DNA of 64,000 bases from Anthoceros angustus (lineage: Eukaryota > Plantae > Anthocerotophyta): positions 868,001-932,000 of the forward strand of contig MU008168.1 of assembly GCA_010909165.1 (NCBI GenBank), given 5' to 3'. Below, in pieces: positions 25,567-39,055 of this stretch. Made by a program: the position numbers and the translations under genes. Under the pieces are notes generated by a model. The model was not told the origin of the DNA. It was given only the letters and a program-made list of their open reading frames with translations, and made no database searches. The stretch's first letter is position 1, and each line of letters begins with the position of its first letter.

Positions 25567-27173
25567 TGGTGGTTGAACCTGAGCTGGGATAGCTGGTGGT
25601 GCTTGAACTGGGATAGCTGGGGGTGCAAGAGTAGCTGGTGGTGGACCTAGAGCATGATAGATAATCTGGTTTTCCTCTTGAGCTTGTGTGTCATCTTCTT
25701 CGTAGTGAGATGTGGCCCGCTCAAGGTCAAGGGGGAAATTACCTGGTGGCGGGATCGAAAAGGCGGTAGGCTTTTACTTGATCTGAGTAGCCAATGAGGA
25801 GGAGCTTGCGGCTCTTGTCATCCCATTTGCGGTAGTAGCATCACGGGACATGTGCAAAGGTGGATGGAAGATCACGGAGGTGAGAGATCGTGGTTTGTGA
25901 CCAATCCAAGACTCGAAGGGTTGTACCGGCTCTTTTGTAGGAAGCTTTGTTTTGAGGTAGTTGGTCAGATCATCATCTCTGCGATGCAATGATTGTAGAT
26001 GACTTGCCTTGGGGGCGGGGCCCGGCCCAAAGGTGAGTAGCTTGCCGGATTGCGGGCGCAAGGCTATGAGGATTGCGGAGGCGCGGCGTGACCTCCCTCC
26101 TTGGCGCGCTTGTGGAAGTAATGCGCGGAAGGCGCCTCTTCGTTGTCCGTGCGCGAGTGCATGCGCACTCGACCCTCGCTTCGCTTACTGCGCCACGGCC
26201 TTGCGCGCGCCAGCGGGCGTGAATACCCCTGCGCGGCCTGCAGCGAATTCTACGGTCTGGCCTCATGCATGCGACCTCCACTCGGGGCCGTCCGCGTGGC
26301 GCCGCCTCGTCATCCTCACGCCTCGCTCCTAGGTTACTTTCACTGGCGTACTTATCCTGTTTTGACACAGGTGGGTTCGGACTTATCCGTTACTCGGTGG
26401 TCAGCTTGCCATAGTGGTGGGGGTCCGTTGTTCACTCAGTCGGAGTATACTCCGGAGCCTCGTCCGGCCTACCCCAATTTATTCCTCCTTTTCCTTATTT
26501 ATCCTTCAATCCTAAAAAAAGCGAAACCCTACTTGTTCTTAACTCCCGGTGCATAGCCCACATGGTGGTTGAACGAGGTGGATGGCGGTGGTGCTTGAGC
26601 GGGATAGGGTGGGGGTGCAAGAGTAGGGGTGGTGGACCTAGAGCATGATAGATAATCTGGTTTTCCTCTTGAGCTTGTGTGTCATCTTCTTCGTAGTGAG
26701 ATGTGGCCCGCTCAAGGTCAGTACAGTGGCGGGATCGAAAAGGCGGTAGGCTTTTACTTGATCTGAGTAGCCAATGAGGAGGAGCTTGAGGCTCTTGTCA
26801 TCCCATTTGCGACGAGTAGCATCTGGGACATGTGCAAGCAGGCTGCCCCGAAGATCACGGAGGTGAGAGATTCAGGGTTTGTGACCAATCCGGCCACTGA
26901 AGGGTTGTACAGCGGCTCTTTGTAGGAGGCTTTGTTTTGAGGTAGTTGGCTGTATCATCATCTCTGCGATGCAATGATTGTAGATGACTTGCCTTGGGGG
27001 CGGGGCCCGGCCCAAAGGTGAGTAGCTTGCCGGATTGCGCTTTCAAGCCATGTTGCCGGTTTTAGGATTGCAAGCGCTGATTGCCGTGTGTGCCTTGTAG
27101 CTCCATTGCGACGGATGCCTTGAAGCCGGTCGGGGTGCAGAGGCCGAGCAGTAGCGCCAGTGGCTCGATACCA
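25567..27173 (-). mobile_element. copia element C, upstream fragment (integrase C-terminus and PBS), internally deleted, with a local duplication of about 1 kb
   Basis: Minus strand reads NYLKTKLPTK..PFESWIGHKP..KWDDKSRKLLLIGYSDQVKAYRLFDP. A tRNA-iMet-like PBS TGGTATCGAGCC lies at 27173-27162. About 26045-27038 repeats about 25047-26054, including the gypsy LTR end. Confidence 0.75.
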
Positions 27174-27386
27174 TAAAGCGGTCCCATTCGGCCCATGTCA
27201 CGAGGTGAGAGTGTAATTTACTAATACATGAAAGCTTGTTCTTATAATGTATAGAGTCGGTTCTTCAACCGCTTGCGCGGTTATGGTTCATAACGACATG
27301 CCCATCTGATAACCTAACGATTATGGGCCCATGCACGGAACGTGCCCTAAAGTGTGTATGGCGACATGACTTAAACCCACAGTGCT

Positions 27387-27709
27387 AAAACCCTGATCCG
27401 TGGCGTACGCGCTGTTGTTCTCCAACAGATACCCCATTACCCACGGTATATGGAGGCTCCCCATATGGAAAATAACCACTCTCATTGGCCATCGTTAAAA
27501 CCCTGATCCGTGGCGTGCCTTTGCTTCTCAACAGATACCCCATTACCCACGGTATATGGAGGCTCCCCATATGGAAAATAACCACTCTCATTGGCCATCG
27601 TTAAAACCCTGATCCGTGGCGTACGCGCTGCTGTTCTCCAACAGATACCCCATTACCCACGGTATATGGAGGCTCCCATATGGAAAATAACCACTCTCGT
27701 TGGCCATCG
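27387..27709. repeat. tandem repeat, about 108-bp unit x3
   Basis: AAAACCCTGATCCGTGGCGT...CAGATACCCCATTACCCACGGTATATGGAGGCTCCCCATATGGAAAATAACCACTCTCATTGGCCATCG occurs three times; it may lie inside an LTR. Confidence 0.9.
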
Positions 27710-28087
27710 AGAATATGACGTTACGAATGACATCATGCATAATAATATATTACCCACCAATTGAACAACAAGCCAAATAGAACCCTGAGTCGTCAAGGGG
27801 CCCACAGCTGGAGGCTCACAGACAACACGCCATCATAAGTTGGACCAAACCCAGCCGGAACCTCTATCATATTAGACAAAAAAAAAAAGTCAATGAAACC
27901 TACATATCGGCAAAACTTCGAAAGCATAACGGAACGGTCTTTGTTATTGTGGGAGCCCAATATCAAACCGTCTGCCCAGGGTGGCAAAGGTGATTCACAC
28001 TACCTGCCCCTGCCTGGGGCAGATTGCATTAGGTAGTGTGTTGTTAGACTCAACAATCTTCCTACGGCCGACGGCGGTCCCCGAACG

Positions 28088-30696
28088 ATGGCCACAGTAT
28101 GGCAACCGGACCCGTTGTGGACCCATCAAAATGGTGTGTGGTATACATACACAGGGATTCCACGAAGCGCTCCGGCTCACCTGAGCCCAGGGAGTCCACC
28201 CCTGGCAAACAATCAATCCTCCAGGTGCAGCAGTGTAAGGACTCGGAGCCCAGCACTTCCACTTCCGACAGAATGTGTGGGTGGGCATACATTTTCCCGC
28301 GATGGTCGTCGCCAGGAGCAGGAGCACTTGTGGCAACAATTCTTTCTGGACCCTACCGTGTGGAGTGATCACAGACGAGACAAGAAGAGCTCCCGTTCGC
28401 CTGACTTCCGGCGTAAGGGATCCGGCGAGGTCCTGTGGTTAAACAACCTGTGTAAGCCAGCTTGGGTTGATGAGCAGCTCGTTTCCTTGGATATGCACAT
28501 GGCTCATGGTGCCTCCTCTCCTCCCAAGTCCACCTCTCCGGATAAGCCTGAACCTGGCAAGCGTGCAGGCTCGGGAATGGGCGTCGTCACGGCTGTAACC
28601 GTGAACACGTTATGTCAGCAGGGGAAGCTTTCTGAGGCCGTTGCCGCCCTGGAATATGTGGCCCACACAGACTCTGGTATTTCTCAGTCTCTGTTTTACA
28701 CTGTGCTGAAACTGTGTACAGCTAACAAGGATTTGGTTGTGGGGCGAAGAGTTCATGATCTCGCTATCAAACTTGGGTACGAGTCAAATGCATACTTGGG
28801 GAACCATATCTTGCGCATGTATGCATGTGGAGGTAGGCTAGAGGAGGCCATGGATGTGCTCACCAGGGTAGGCAAACCAGATGCCTTCATGTGGGGGTCC
28901 ATAATCTCCGCATATGCTAAACATGGGAAACCGAAGGAGGCCATCCGACTTTACCATGAGATGTGCAGGTCAGATGTGAAGGCGGATGCTCACGTCTTTG
29001 CTGCGGCCATTCAAGCTTGTGCACTCGCGGTTGACTTGGAATCTGGCAGAAAAGTGCACTGCCATGTGTTGCACAGTGGGGTTCCTCTTAACTTGTTTGT
29101 TGGCACCTCCCTAGTGGACATGTATGCAAAATGTGGCCAACTGAAAGATGCGCGTCAGGTATTTGACACCTTGGCCACGAAAGATGTGGTGACATGGAAT
29201 GCCCTGATTGCTGGGTATGCAAAGGGTTCAGCCAGAGGCGCTTGTTCTGTATGGACAAATGGAGCAGGAGGGCCTGATTTTAACCATGTTACTTTTGCCT
29301 TCTGAAGGCCTGTGCAAGCTGGTGCCTTACAGAAGGGCAGGCAGCTGCACTCACAGATTGTGAAAGAGGACTGCTGGATAACGTAGTGTTGTGCAATTGC
29401 CTGGTGGACATGTACGCAAAATGTGGTGAACTGGAAGAGGCACGCCAGGTTTTTGACAGCTTGGTGACAAAGAATGTGGTGACATGGAATGCCCTGATTG
29501 CTGGGTATGCACAGCAAGGACTCGGATATGAGGCGCTTGTTTTGTACGGGCAAATGGAGCAAGGAGGCCTGATTTTGGCTAACCATGTTACTTTTGCTTG
29601 CCTTCTCAAGGCCTGTGCAAGCACTGGTGCCTTACAGAAGGGCAGGCAGCTGCACTCACAGATTGTTGAAAGAGGACTGCTGGATAACGTAGTGTTGGGC
29701 AACTGCCTGGTGGACATGTATGCAAAATGTGGTGAACTGGAAGATGCACGCCACGTTTTTGACAGCATGGCCACAAAGGATGTGGTGACATGGAATGCCC
29801 TGATATCTGGGTATGGTACTTGCGATGATGGTCACAAGGCACTAGCTTGTTTTGAGGAGATGTTAGGTGCCGGTATTCAGCCTAATGATGTTACTTTTAC
29901 TTGTCTTTTAGCAGCATGCAGTCATGATGGACTGGTCCACGAGGGTCGCAAGCACTTTGATTCCATGGGGGAACAGCATGGCATCAAACCTAGTATTGAG
30001 CATTGCAATTGTATGATTGATCTTCTTGGGCGTGCCGGCCATTTAGATGAGGCACAGAAGATTCTATTGTCATGTGAGAGCCAAAGTAACGTTGTGGGCT
30101 TGACGTCTTTGTTGAATGCCTGCAAAAGTCAGGGGGATGTAGAGAGGGCGATGTGGTGTTTTGAAAGCATTGTTAGGCTGGACCCTCAGTGGGCGTCTGC
30201 CTATGTGCTCATGGCGAATGCTTACGCAGATGCAGGTAGGTGGAGCGATGTAGACAGGATTGAAAGACAGAGAATGGTAGCAGGAGCTAACAAGAAACCC
30301 GCAGTGGCGACCATTGAGGTGAATGAGCAGGTACATAGATTCCTGGTGGGAGAAAAGAGAGAGGATATTGCGCTTAAGGTAGAGAGCACGAATGCACGTC
30401 TGAAGCAGGAAGGAGGTCACGTACCTCACACGAAGTTGGTGTTGAAGCCACTGTGTGAGAAGGAAAAGGAAGATGTGCTTTGTGGGCATGCTGAGAAACT
30501 AGCTCTAGCGTTTGGTCTCTTGAACACTCCGAGTGGGACACCTCTGGTGGTGACTAAGAATCTGCGCATGTGCAGTGACTGCCACAGTTCCACGGAGATC
30601 ATGTCAAGGCTGGAACAGAGAGACATTGTTGTAAGGGATGGGTATCGAGTTCACCGATTCGCAGCTGGTTGTTGCAGCTGTAAGGGTCGACCGTGA
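28088..30696 (+). CDS. PLS-class PPR protein with N-terminal OSB-type PDF motif and C-terminal E1-E2-DYW:KP (GRP) domain, gene 1; frameshifted at about 29220-29370 in this assembly
   Basis: ORFs 28088-29305 and 29386-30696 give an S/R/P-rich N-terminus, the PDF-like motif, about 14 L/S/P motifs, E domains, and KKPAVATIEV..HAEKLA..KNLRMCSDCH..CSCKGRP. Confidence 0.92.
28328..28492 (+). other. OSB-type PDF motif (gene 1)
   Basis: LWQQFFLDPTVWSDHRRDKKSSRSPDFRRKGSGEVLWLNNLCKPAWVDEQLVSLD. Confidence 0.8.
30292..30696 (+). other. DYW:KP (GRP-terminal) deaminase-like domain, gene 1
   Basis: KPAV replaces the PG box; no SHP motif; HAE..CxxCH zinc site; terminus GRP. Confidence 0.92.
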
Positions 30697-31271
30697 AAAT
30701 TAAGAAGGGCTGAGCAGCAGGTGAGAATGATGCATGACAGTGTAGGAGAATGTATCAGACGCTGGTTCTTGTAGGGGGTCGCTGTTAGACTTGGGGGCAC
30801 TTTGTGACCATGTCTCTTTATAACATGGTCATGACGCGTTCAAAATCGAACGTTCATTCATAGCCACCCTATTTGCCAGTGGATGCATTCACTGAGCATT
30901 GTTTATCTATGTACATATGTTTGTATGTTCAGACATTGTAAAACTAATACCTACCTACCGACTAGGTGTGTACCCGTAACAAAATTGTCAAGGACATGTC
31001 AGCAGAGGTCTTGTATTGCAGGGCGAGGGCGGGTTAGAAGAAGACCACGATATTGGAGAGTGAATTGGCTACTCGAGGACGGGTTGCATGAAGAGCATTG
31101 AACCTAGAACCCTCAGCTTTGAAGGGATCCGATTTCCGTAACGACGTTTGGACCACGGATGGTCTACTCGAGGACAGGTTGTCAGAGAAGTACCAAAAGT
31201 AGTCTACATGTAACCTTCTCAAGAGATGGGAGTGTAGTGATCCAAATGCTGTCACGACGTTAGAGAATGAT

Positions 31272-34200
31272 TTGTGGCTGGAGCTGAACGTCTGTCGTGA
31301 CAATGAGGGTCTCGTCTCGTGCACCTTCCTGAATGTTCAGGAGTCAAGATTGACACTCATCAGTCATGTGCTGGTCACCTTGCAAAAACCGTGTCCTACC
31401 TTCAGGGTGGTGTGGTCATACGCAGGGCAGGACTTGGACATTCGGCCATATTCCGTTGTTGGACTACATCTTCGGACACCGGTCCCTAAACGACCGGACC
31501 CATCATGGACCCAACAAATTGCAATTGGTGTGTGTACAGGGAGTGTACGAGAAGCTCCCGCTCACCTCACTTCAGGGAGTCAACCTGTAGCCTCCAGGTG
31601 CAGCAGTGTAAGGACTCGGAGCCCACCACTGCCACTTCCAGGAAAATATGTGGATGGGGACGGATTTCACAGAGATGCTGGCCGGCAGGAGCAGGAGCGT
31701 TTGTGGCAACAATTTTTTCTGGACCCTACCATGTGGTGGGACAACAGAAGTGCAAAGAAGAGCTACCGTTCGCCTGACTTTCGGCGTAAGGGATCCGGCG
31801 AGGTCCTGTGGTTAAACAGCATGCTGAAGCCAGCTTGGGTTGATGACCAGCTCGTTTCCTTGGATATCCAGATGGATCATGGTGCCTCTCCTTCCAAGTC
31901 CAGCTCTACAGATAAGCCTGAACCTTGGAAGTGTGCAGGATCGGAAATGGGCGTCGTAGCGCCTGGAACCGTGAGCATGCTATGTCAGCAGGGGAAGCTG
32001 TCTGAGGCCGTTGAAGCCCTGGAATTTCTGGCGCAGACAGATTCTGCTATTTCGCAGTCTCTGTTTTACAGCGTGCTAAAACTGTGTGCAGCTAAGAAAG
32101 ATACGGTTTTGGGGCGACGAGTTCATGACCTCACTGTCAAACTTGGGTACGAGTCGAATGCATATTTGGGGAACCATATCTTGCGCATGTATGCATCTGG
32201 AGGTAGGCTGCAGGAGGCCATGGATGTGTTCACCAGCGTGGGCAAACCAGATGCCTTCATGTGGTTTTCCATAATCTCTGCATATGCTAAACATGGGAAG
32301 CCTGAAGAGGCCATACAACTGTACCATGGGATGCGAAGGTCAGGAGTGAAGGCGAATGGTCACGTGTTTGTAGCTGCCCTTCAAGCTTGTGCCTTCGCCC
32401 GACTTGGAATCTGGCAGAAAAGTGCACTGTGATGTGTTGCAGTGGCATTCCTGACTTGTTTGTTGGCAACTGCCTGGTGGACATGTATGCAAAATGTGGT
32501 GAACTGGAAGATGCACGCCAGGTTTTGACAGCATGGCCTCAAAGGATGTGGTGACATGGAATGCCCTGATTGCTGGGTATGCACAGCAAGGGCTCGAGGC
32601 GCTTGTCTGTATGGACAAATGGAGCAGGAGGGCCTCATTTGGCTGACCATGTTACTTTTGCTTGCCTTCTGAAGGCCTGTGCAAGCACTGGTGCCTTTGG
32701 AAGGGCAGGCAGCTGCACTCACAGATTGTGGAAAGAGGACTGCTGGATAACGTGTTGGGCAACTGCCTGGTGGACATGTATGCAAAATGTGGTGAACTGG
32801 AAGATGCACGCCAGGTTTTGACAGCTTGGCACAAAGGATGTGGTGACATGGACGCCCTGATTGCTGGGTATGCACAGCAAGGACGGACATGAGGCACTTG
32901 TGTGTATGGACAAATGGAGCAGGAGGGCCTCATTTGGCTGACCATGTTACTTTTGCTTGCCTTCTGAAGGCCTGTGCAAGCACTGGTGCCTTACAGAAGG
33001 GCAGGCAGCTGCACTCACAGATTGTGGAAAGAGGACTGCTGGATAACGTGTTGGGCAACTGCCTGGTGGACATGTATGCAAAATGTGGTGAACTGGAAGA
33101 TGCACGCCAGGTTTTGACAGCATGGCCACAAAGGATGTGGTGACATGGACCGCCCTGATATCTGGGTATGGTGCTTGTGATGAAGGTCACAAGGCACTAG
33201 CTTGTTTTGAGGAGATGTTAGTTGCCGGTATTCAGCCTAATGATGCTACTTTACTTGCCTTCTAGTAGCATGCAGTCATGAGGACTGGTGGATGAGGTCG
33301 AGCACTTTGATTCCATGGCTGAACAGCATGGCATCAAACCTACTACTGAGCATTATTACTGCATGATTGATCTTCTTGGGCGTGCAGGCCATTTAGATGA
33401 GGCAGAGAATGCTGTTATCATGAGGCCATACAACTGTACCATGAGATGCGTAGGTCAGGAGTGAAGGCGGATGCTCACGTCTTTGTAGCTGCCCTTCAAG
33501 CTTGTGCATTTGCCCGACTTGGAATCTGGCAGAAAAGTGCACTGTGATGTGTTGCAGTGGCATTCCTAACTTGTTTGTTGGCAACTGCCTGGTGGACATG
33601 TATGCAAAATGTGGCGAACTGGAAGATGCACGCCAGGTTTTGACAGCATGGCCACAAAGGATGTGGTGACATGGAATGCCCTGATTGCTGGGTATGCACA
33701 GCAAGGGCTCGCCAAGGCTTGTCTGTATGGACAAATGGAGCAGGAGGGCCTCATTTGGCTGACCATGTTACTTTTGCTTGCCTTCTGAAGGCCTGTGCAA
33801 GCACTGGTGCCTTACAGAAGGGCAGGCAGCTGCACTCTGATTGTGGAAGAGGACTGCTGGATAACGTGTTGGGCAACTGCCTGGTGGACATGTATGCAAA
33901 ATGTGGTGAACTGGAAGATGCACGCCAGGTTTTGACAGCTTGGCACAAAGGATGTGGTGACATGGACGCCCTGATTGCTGGGTATGCACAGCAAGGACGG
34001 ACATGAGGCACTTGTGTGTATGGACAAATGGAGCAGGAGGGCCTCATTTGGCTGACCATGTTACTTTTGCTTGCCTTCTGAAGGCCTGTGCAAGCACTGG
34101 TGCCTTACAGAAGGGCATTCAGCTGCACACACAGATTGTGGAAAGAGGACTGCTGGATAACGTGTTGGGCAACTGCCTGGTGGACATGTATGCAAAATGT

Positions 34201-35161
34201 GGTGAACTGGAAGATGCACGCCAGGTTTTGACAGCATGGCCACAAAGGATGTGGTGACATGGACCGCCCTGATATCTGGGTATGGTGCTTGTGATGAAGG
34301 GCATAAGGCACTAGCTTGTTTTGAGGAGATGTTAGGAGCCAGTATACAGCCTAATGATGCCACTTTCACTTGCCTTCTAGTAGCATGCAGTCATGAGGAC
34401 TGGTGGATGAGGTCGAGCACTTTGATTCCATCGCTGAACAGCATGGTATGAAACCTACTACTGAGCATTACAATTGCATGATTGATCTTCTTGGCCGTGC
34501 TGGCTATTTAGATGAGGCAGAGACCATGCTGTTATCATACGAGAGCCAAAGTGATGCTGTGGGGTTGACGTCGCTGCTGAATGCTTGCAAAAGTCATGGA
34601 GATATAGAGAGGGCGATGCGGTGTTTTGAAAGCCTTGTTAGACAGGACCCTCAGCGGGCTCGTGCGTATGTGCTCATGGCCAACGCCTATGCAGATGCAG
34701 GTAGGTGGACCGACGTGGACAGGATTGAAACACAGAGAATGGTAGCAGGAGCTATTAAGAAACCTGCAGTGGCCACCATTGAGGTGAAGAAGCAAATACA
34801 TACTTTTGTGGTGGGAGAAAGAAGAGATGATATTTCGCTTATTGTGGAGAGCACAAATGCACGGCTGAAGCAGGAAGGGGGACATGTACCACAGACAAAG
34901 TTGGAGTTGAGGCCGCTCTCTGAGAAGGAAAAGGAAGATCTGCTTTGCGGGCATGCTGAGAAGCTAGCTCTGGCGTTTGGTCTCCTCAACACTCCGAGTG
35001 GGACACCTCTGGTGTTAACGAAGAATCTACGCATGTGCAGTGACTGCCATAGTTCTACGGAGATCATGTCAAGGCTTGAACAGAGAGACATTGTCGTAAG
35101 GGATGGCTACCGTGTGCATCGCTTCGCAAATGGTTGTTGCAGTTGTGAAGGTCGACCATGA
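31272..35161 (+). pseudogene. PDF-PPR-DYW:KP gene 2; many frameshifts, an internal duplication of about 1.1 kb, and the paralogous ATG deleted
   Basis: ORF 31272-32432 (TTG start) has the PDF-like motif and first PPRs. Fragmented PLS repeats run 32430-34400. ORF 34403-35161 has E-DYW:KP ending CSCEGRP. It could be an intact gene damaged by assembly errors. Confidence 0.8.
31701..31865 (+). other. OSB-type PDF motif (gene 2)
   Basis: LWQQFFLDPTMWWDNRSAKKSYRSPDFRRKGSGEVLWLNSMLKPAWVDDQLVSLD. Confidence 0.82.
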
Positions 35162-35382
35162 CGAAAACCAAGAACAAGTACCTACCCACCTACTTTCAAT
35201 CTATCCGGTTCCGGGAGTTTGTTTGCGATGGTCTTGAAAATACATGGTGACTATGGTCACGAAAACCATGGTCACCTATTTAGAACGAAATACTTTAGAA
35301 GTGTGCTGAAAATCAAACATCTTAAACTATTCTCTTAGAACTCCCAAAGATAGACCCTCTGCACCATGGTAATACACATATG

Positions 35383-35464
35383 CATATATATATACATATA
35401 TATATATATACATATATACATACATATATACATACATACATACATACATACATACATACATACA

Positions 35465-35498
<34 letters not shown>

Positions 35499-35572
35499 CA
35501 TACATATATACATACATACATACATACATACATACATACATACATACATACATACATACATACATACATACA

Positions 35573-35604
<32 letters not shown>

Positions 35605-35606
35605 CA
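35383..35606. repeat. (TACA)n / (TA)n compound microsatellite
   Basis: Directly visible; it explains the MYVC/HTYI ORFs. Confidence 0.98.
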
Positions 35607-35607
35607 C

Positions 35608-38600
35608 TTGGTATGTATGTATGTGATAAAGCATCACTTACACTTTGTTGGCTGCCAACCAGCAGCTGGCCATTGCGTAGCTTCAATTTTCTGTTTTCAG
35701 ATACCGTGCAATTTCTGATACCGTTTCAATTTTCAATTTTCTGTTTTCTGATACTGATGGGTTCTAAGATATTGGGTGGCCAATAAAAAGCCTCGTGTCC
35801 TGTGATGCTTTCTCTTTGCAACACCTAGTTCTTGGGATCTACACCGTCATGATAGCTCATCTTAATTTTTGCTCTCCTTATACCTACAGCAGCTTAGTAG
35901 CCCTCCAGTCTAATCTTGCATTTTTGCCGACTCCCTCTCCTGCTGATCCCTCAGCCCTATCCGGACCCCTAGCTTGGGACTCTTTGTCACTTTGGTGTTC
36001 TTGGGAAGATTGCCAACTTGGTGGCCTACATGGCTCAGCAAGTGAGTTTGCTCACCGTTCAAACCTTTGCAATTTTTCTGTGCAGCTGATCTGCTGGTCT
36101 GCTCATGTGCTCTTGTTCCAATTTGTTGTGCTGGATTTTCCCTTTGCTGGCAGGTACTTGCTTGCTGACCGCTGGTTTTCCTTTGATTGCAACTAGCAAT
36201 GTGTTTGCAAATACATGTGGTAGGGTTTGGTTTTCACTGTTGCTCAGGTGCCATGGACCCTCCATTTCGGCCAGAAATCCATGCCAAGGAGGTCCCTTTT
36301 GGAGCTGATGAAGGAGGGACGGAGGAGCTGCCCCACCGGTGGCCTCGTTCTGTTAGGACGCCTAGTTTGGTGTGCTTGGGATGTTCCTGGAGTTTCCTTA
36401 CTGCTGATTTTTTGTCTCATCACAGTCATGAGGTCTGTAGGTTATGGTGTGTGTTTCATGTTTCTTAAACAACATGATTGTACACACTCCACACTTGCTT
36501 TGGATGATGGCATTTGTGGTATAATGTTCCATGACTAACCTGGATGAACTCATGCTCTATACATACAGTGTGTTCTTTTACAGGCTTTTTTGGTGACTTC
36601 CAAAGATGGTGGTTGCCACTTCTTGGCTAGCTACTTGTTGGTCTTTGCTCTGAACTCTTGTTGATTTCACGTGCAATGTATTTCATTTGCCCATCCACGA
36701 TCAGTTGCCGCTAGTTACCCCTGAATCTCGGGCACCATAAAAAGTTTGAGCTGATTCCAACGAGTCATGCAAGTCCTCAAATGAGGCAGTTGGCAAGTCA
36801 TTGTGGCTTGTATATACATACATACTTGGTATGTATGTATATGATAAAGCATTATGTTGCTAGCTGCCAGCACTGGCCATTGCATGGCTTCAATTTTTGT
36901 TTTCTGATACCGTGCATTGATGATACTAACGGGTTCTTAGATATTGGGAGGCTGTTGACTCACCTTGCCGCCATGTTGCAACCAATAAAAAGCCTCATGT
37001 CCTGTGATGCATTCTTTGTGATGATACTAACGGGTTCTTAGATATTGGGCGGCTGTTGACTTACCTTGCCGCCATGTTGCAGCCAATAAAAAGCCTCATG
37101 TCCTGTGATGCATTCTTTGTGCAACACCTGGTTCTTGGGATCTGCACCTTCATGATAGCTCATCTTACTTTTTGCTCTCCTTATACCCACAACAACTTAG
37201 TAGCCTTCGACTTTTATCTACCATTCTTGCCGGCTCCCTCTCCTGCTGATCCCTCAATCCTATCCAGACCCCTAGCCAGTCAGTGTGTATGTGATAAAGC
37301 ATCACTTACACTATGTTGCCAGCCTGCCAGCAGCTGGCCATTACGTGGCTTCAATTTTTGTTCGCATACCGGTAATCGACGGTTCTTAGATATTGGGCGG
37401 TCATGACTTACCTTGCCGCCATGTTGCAGCCAAGAAAAGCCTCATGTCTTGTGATGCATTCTCTATGCAACACCTGGTTCTTGGGATTTGCACCTTGATG
37501 ATAGCTCATCTTAATTTTTGCTCTCCTTATACCCATAGCAACTTAGTAGCCCTCCACTCTAATATGGCATTCTTGGCGGCTCCCTCTTAGCGATCCTCAG
37601 CCCTATCCGGACCCCTAACATGGGACCTTTGTAAGCCAAAGTGATGGTCGCATTGTGCTCGAGTTGGAGGCCGCGGTGATCGGCTTTTCTAAGACATGCC
37701 TAGATATCTCGGAATGACCGACGACAATGAACAAGGATGGTGATTTGTAGCTACGACTCATGGCGGCATTAAATGCAACAATGGATTGCCCGGATCGAGG
37801 CGCCCGGATGTTATGTATGCATGCAACTCGAGACGGACCCAGGTCCGGCCTCCGAGTGGAGGACGGACCAGGCCCGGCCTCGGAGTGGAGGACGGACCCG
37901 AGGCCCGGCCTCCGGAGTGGAGGACGGACCCAGGCCCGGCCTCGAGTGGAGGAGCGGACCCGGAGGCCGGCCTCGAGTGGAGGCAGGAGGCCCGGCCTCC
38001 GGAGTGAGGACGGACCCGAGGTCCGGCCTCGAGTGGAGGAGACCTGGAGGCCCGGCCTCCCGAGTCGAGGACGGACCCGAGGCCCGGCCTCCGGAGTCGA
38101 GGACGGACCCGAGGCCCGGCCTCCGAGTCGAGGACGGACCCGAGGCCCGGCCTCCCGAGTCGAGGACGGACCCGAGGCCCGGCCTCGAGTCGAGGACGGA
38201 CCCGAGGCCCGGCCTCGAGTCGAGGACGGACCCGAGGCCCGGCCTCGAGTCGAGGACGGACCGAGGCCCGGCCTCGGAGTCGAGGACCGGACCCGAGGCC
38301 CCTCCCGAGTCGAGGACGGACCGAGGCCGGCCTCCCGAGTCGAGGCCGGACCCGAGGCCCGGCCTCGGAGTCGAGGACGGACCCAGGTCCGGCCTCGAGT
38401 CGAGGACGGACCCATTGGCGCACAAAGAAAGGCCCGGCCTCGGGGCGAAACGGACTCCGATCCCTCAATCCTATCCGGACCCCTAGCCCGGTGTATGTGA
38501 TAAAGCATCACTTACACTATGTTGCCGTGCCACAGGCCATTACGTGGCTTCAATTTTTGTTTATCGATACCGCAATCGATGATACCGACGGTTCTTAGAT

Positions 38601-38860
38601 ATTGGGCGGCTGTTGACTTACCTTGCCGCCATGTTGCAGCCAGTAAAAAGCCTCATGTCTTGTGATGCATTCTCTATGCAACACCTGGTTCTTGGGATTT
38701 GCACCTTGATGATAGCTCATCTTAATTTTTGCTCTCCTTATACCCATAGCAACTTAGTAGCCCTCCACTCTAATATGGCATTCTTGGCGGCTCCCTCTTC
38801 TGCTGATCCCTCAGCCCTATCCGGACCCCTAACATGGGACACTGTAAGCCAAAAGTGATG
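35608..38860. repeat. locally repeated unit of about 250-330 bp (copies near 35610, 36820, 37030, 37290, 38490)
   Basis: Recurrent GGTTCTTAGATATTGGG...AAAAGCCTCATGTC(C/T)TGTGATGCATTC...CAACACCTGGTTCTTGGGAT...GCCCTATCCGGACCCCTA. Confidence 0.8.
37828..38413. repeat. GC-rich minisatellite, about 30-33-bp unit, array 1
   Basis: GAGT(C/G)GAGGACGGACCCGAGGCCCGGCCTC(CG) repeated head to tail without spacers. Confidence 0.95.
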
Positions 38861-39055
38861 GTCGCATTGTGCTCAGAGTTGGAGACGCACAGCTGATCAG
38901 CTTTTCTAAGACATGCCTAGATATCTCGGAATGACCGACGACAATGAACAAGGATGACTGATTTGTGGCTACAGCTCATGGCGGCTGCAGACCGTTAAAT
39001 GCAACAATGGATTGCCCAGATCGAGACGCCAGATGTTATGTATATGCATGCAACT

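Noticed and set aside
27196-27732. Possible solo LTR bounded by TGTCA...TGACA
   Set aside because: The flanks (GCCCA / TCATG) give no TSD; it may belong to the LTR of copia C but this cannot be resolved.
35322-35718. MYVC/HTYI repeat ORFs
   Set aside because: Translations of the (TACA)n microsatellite.
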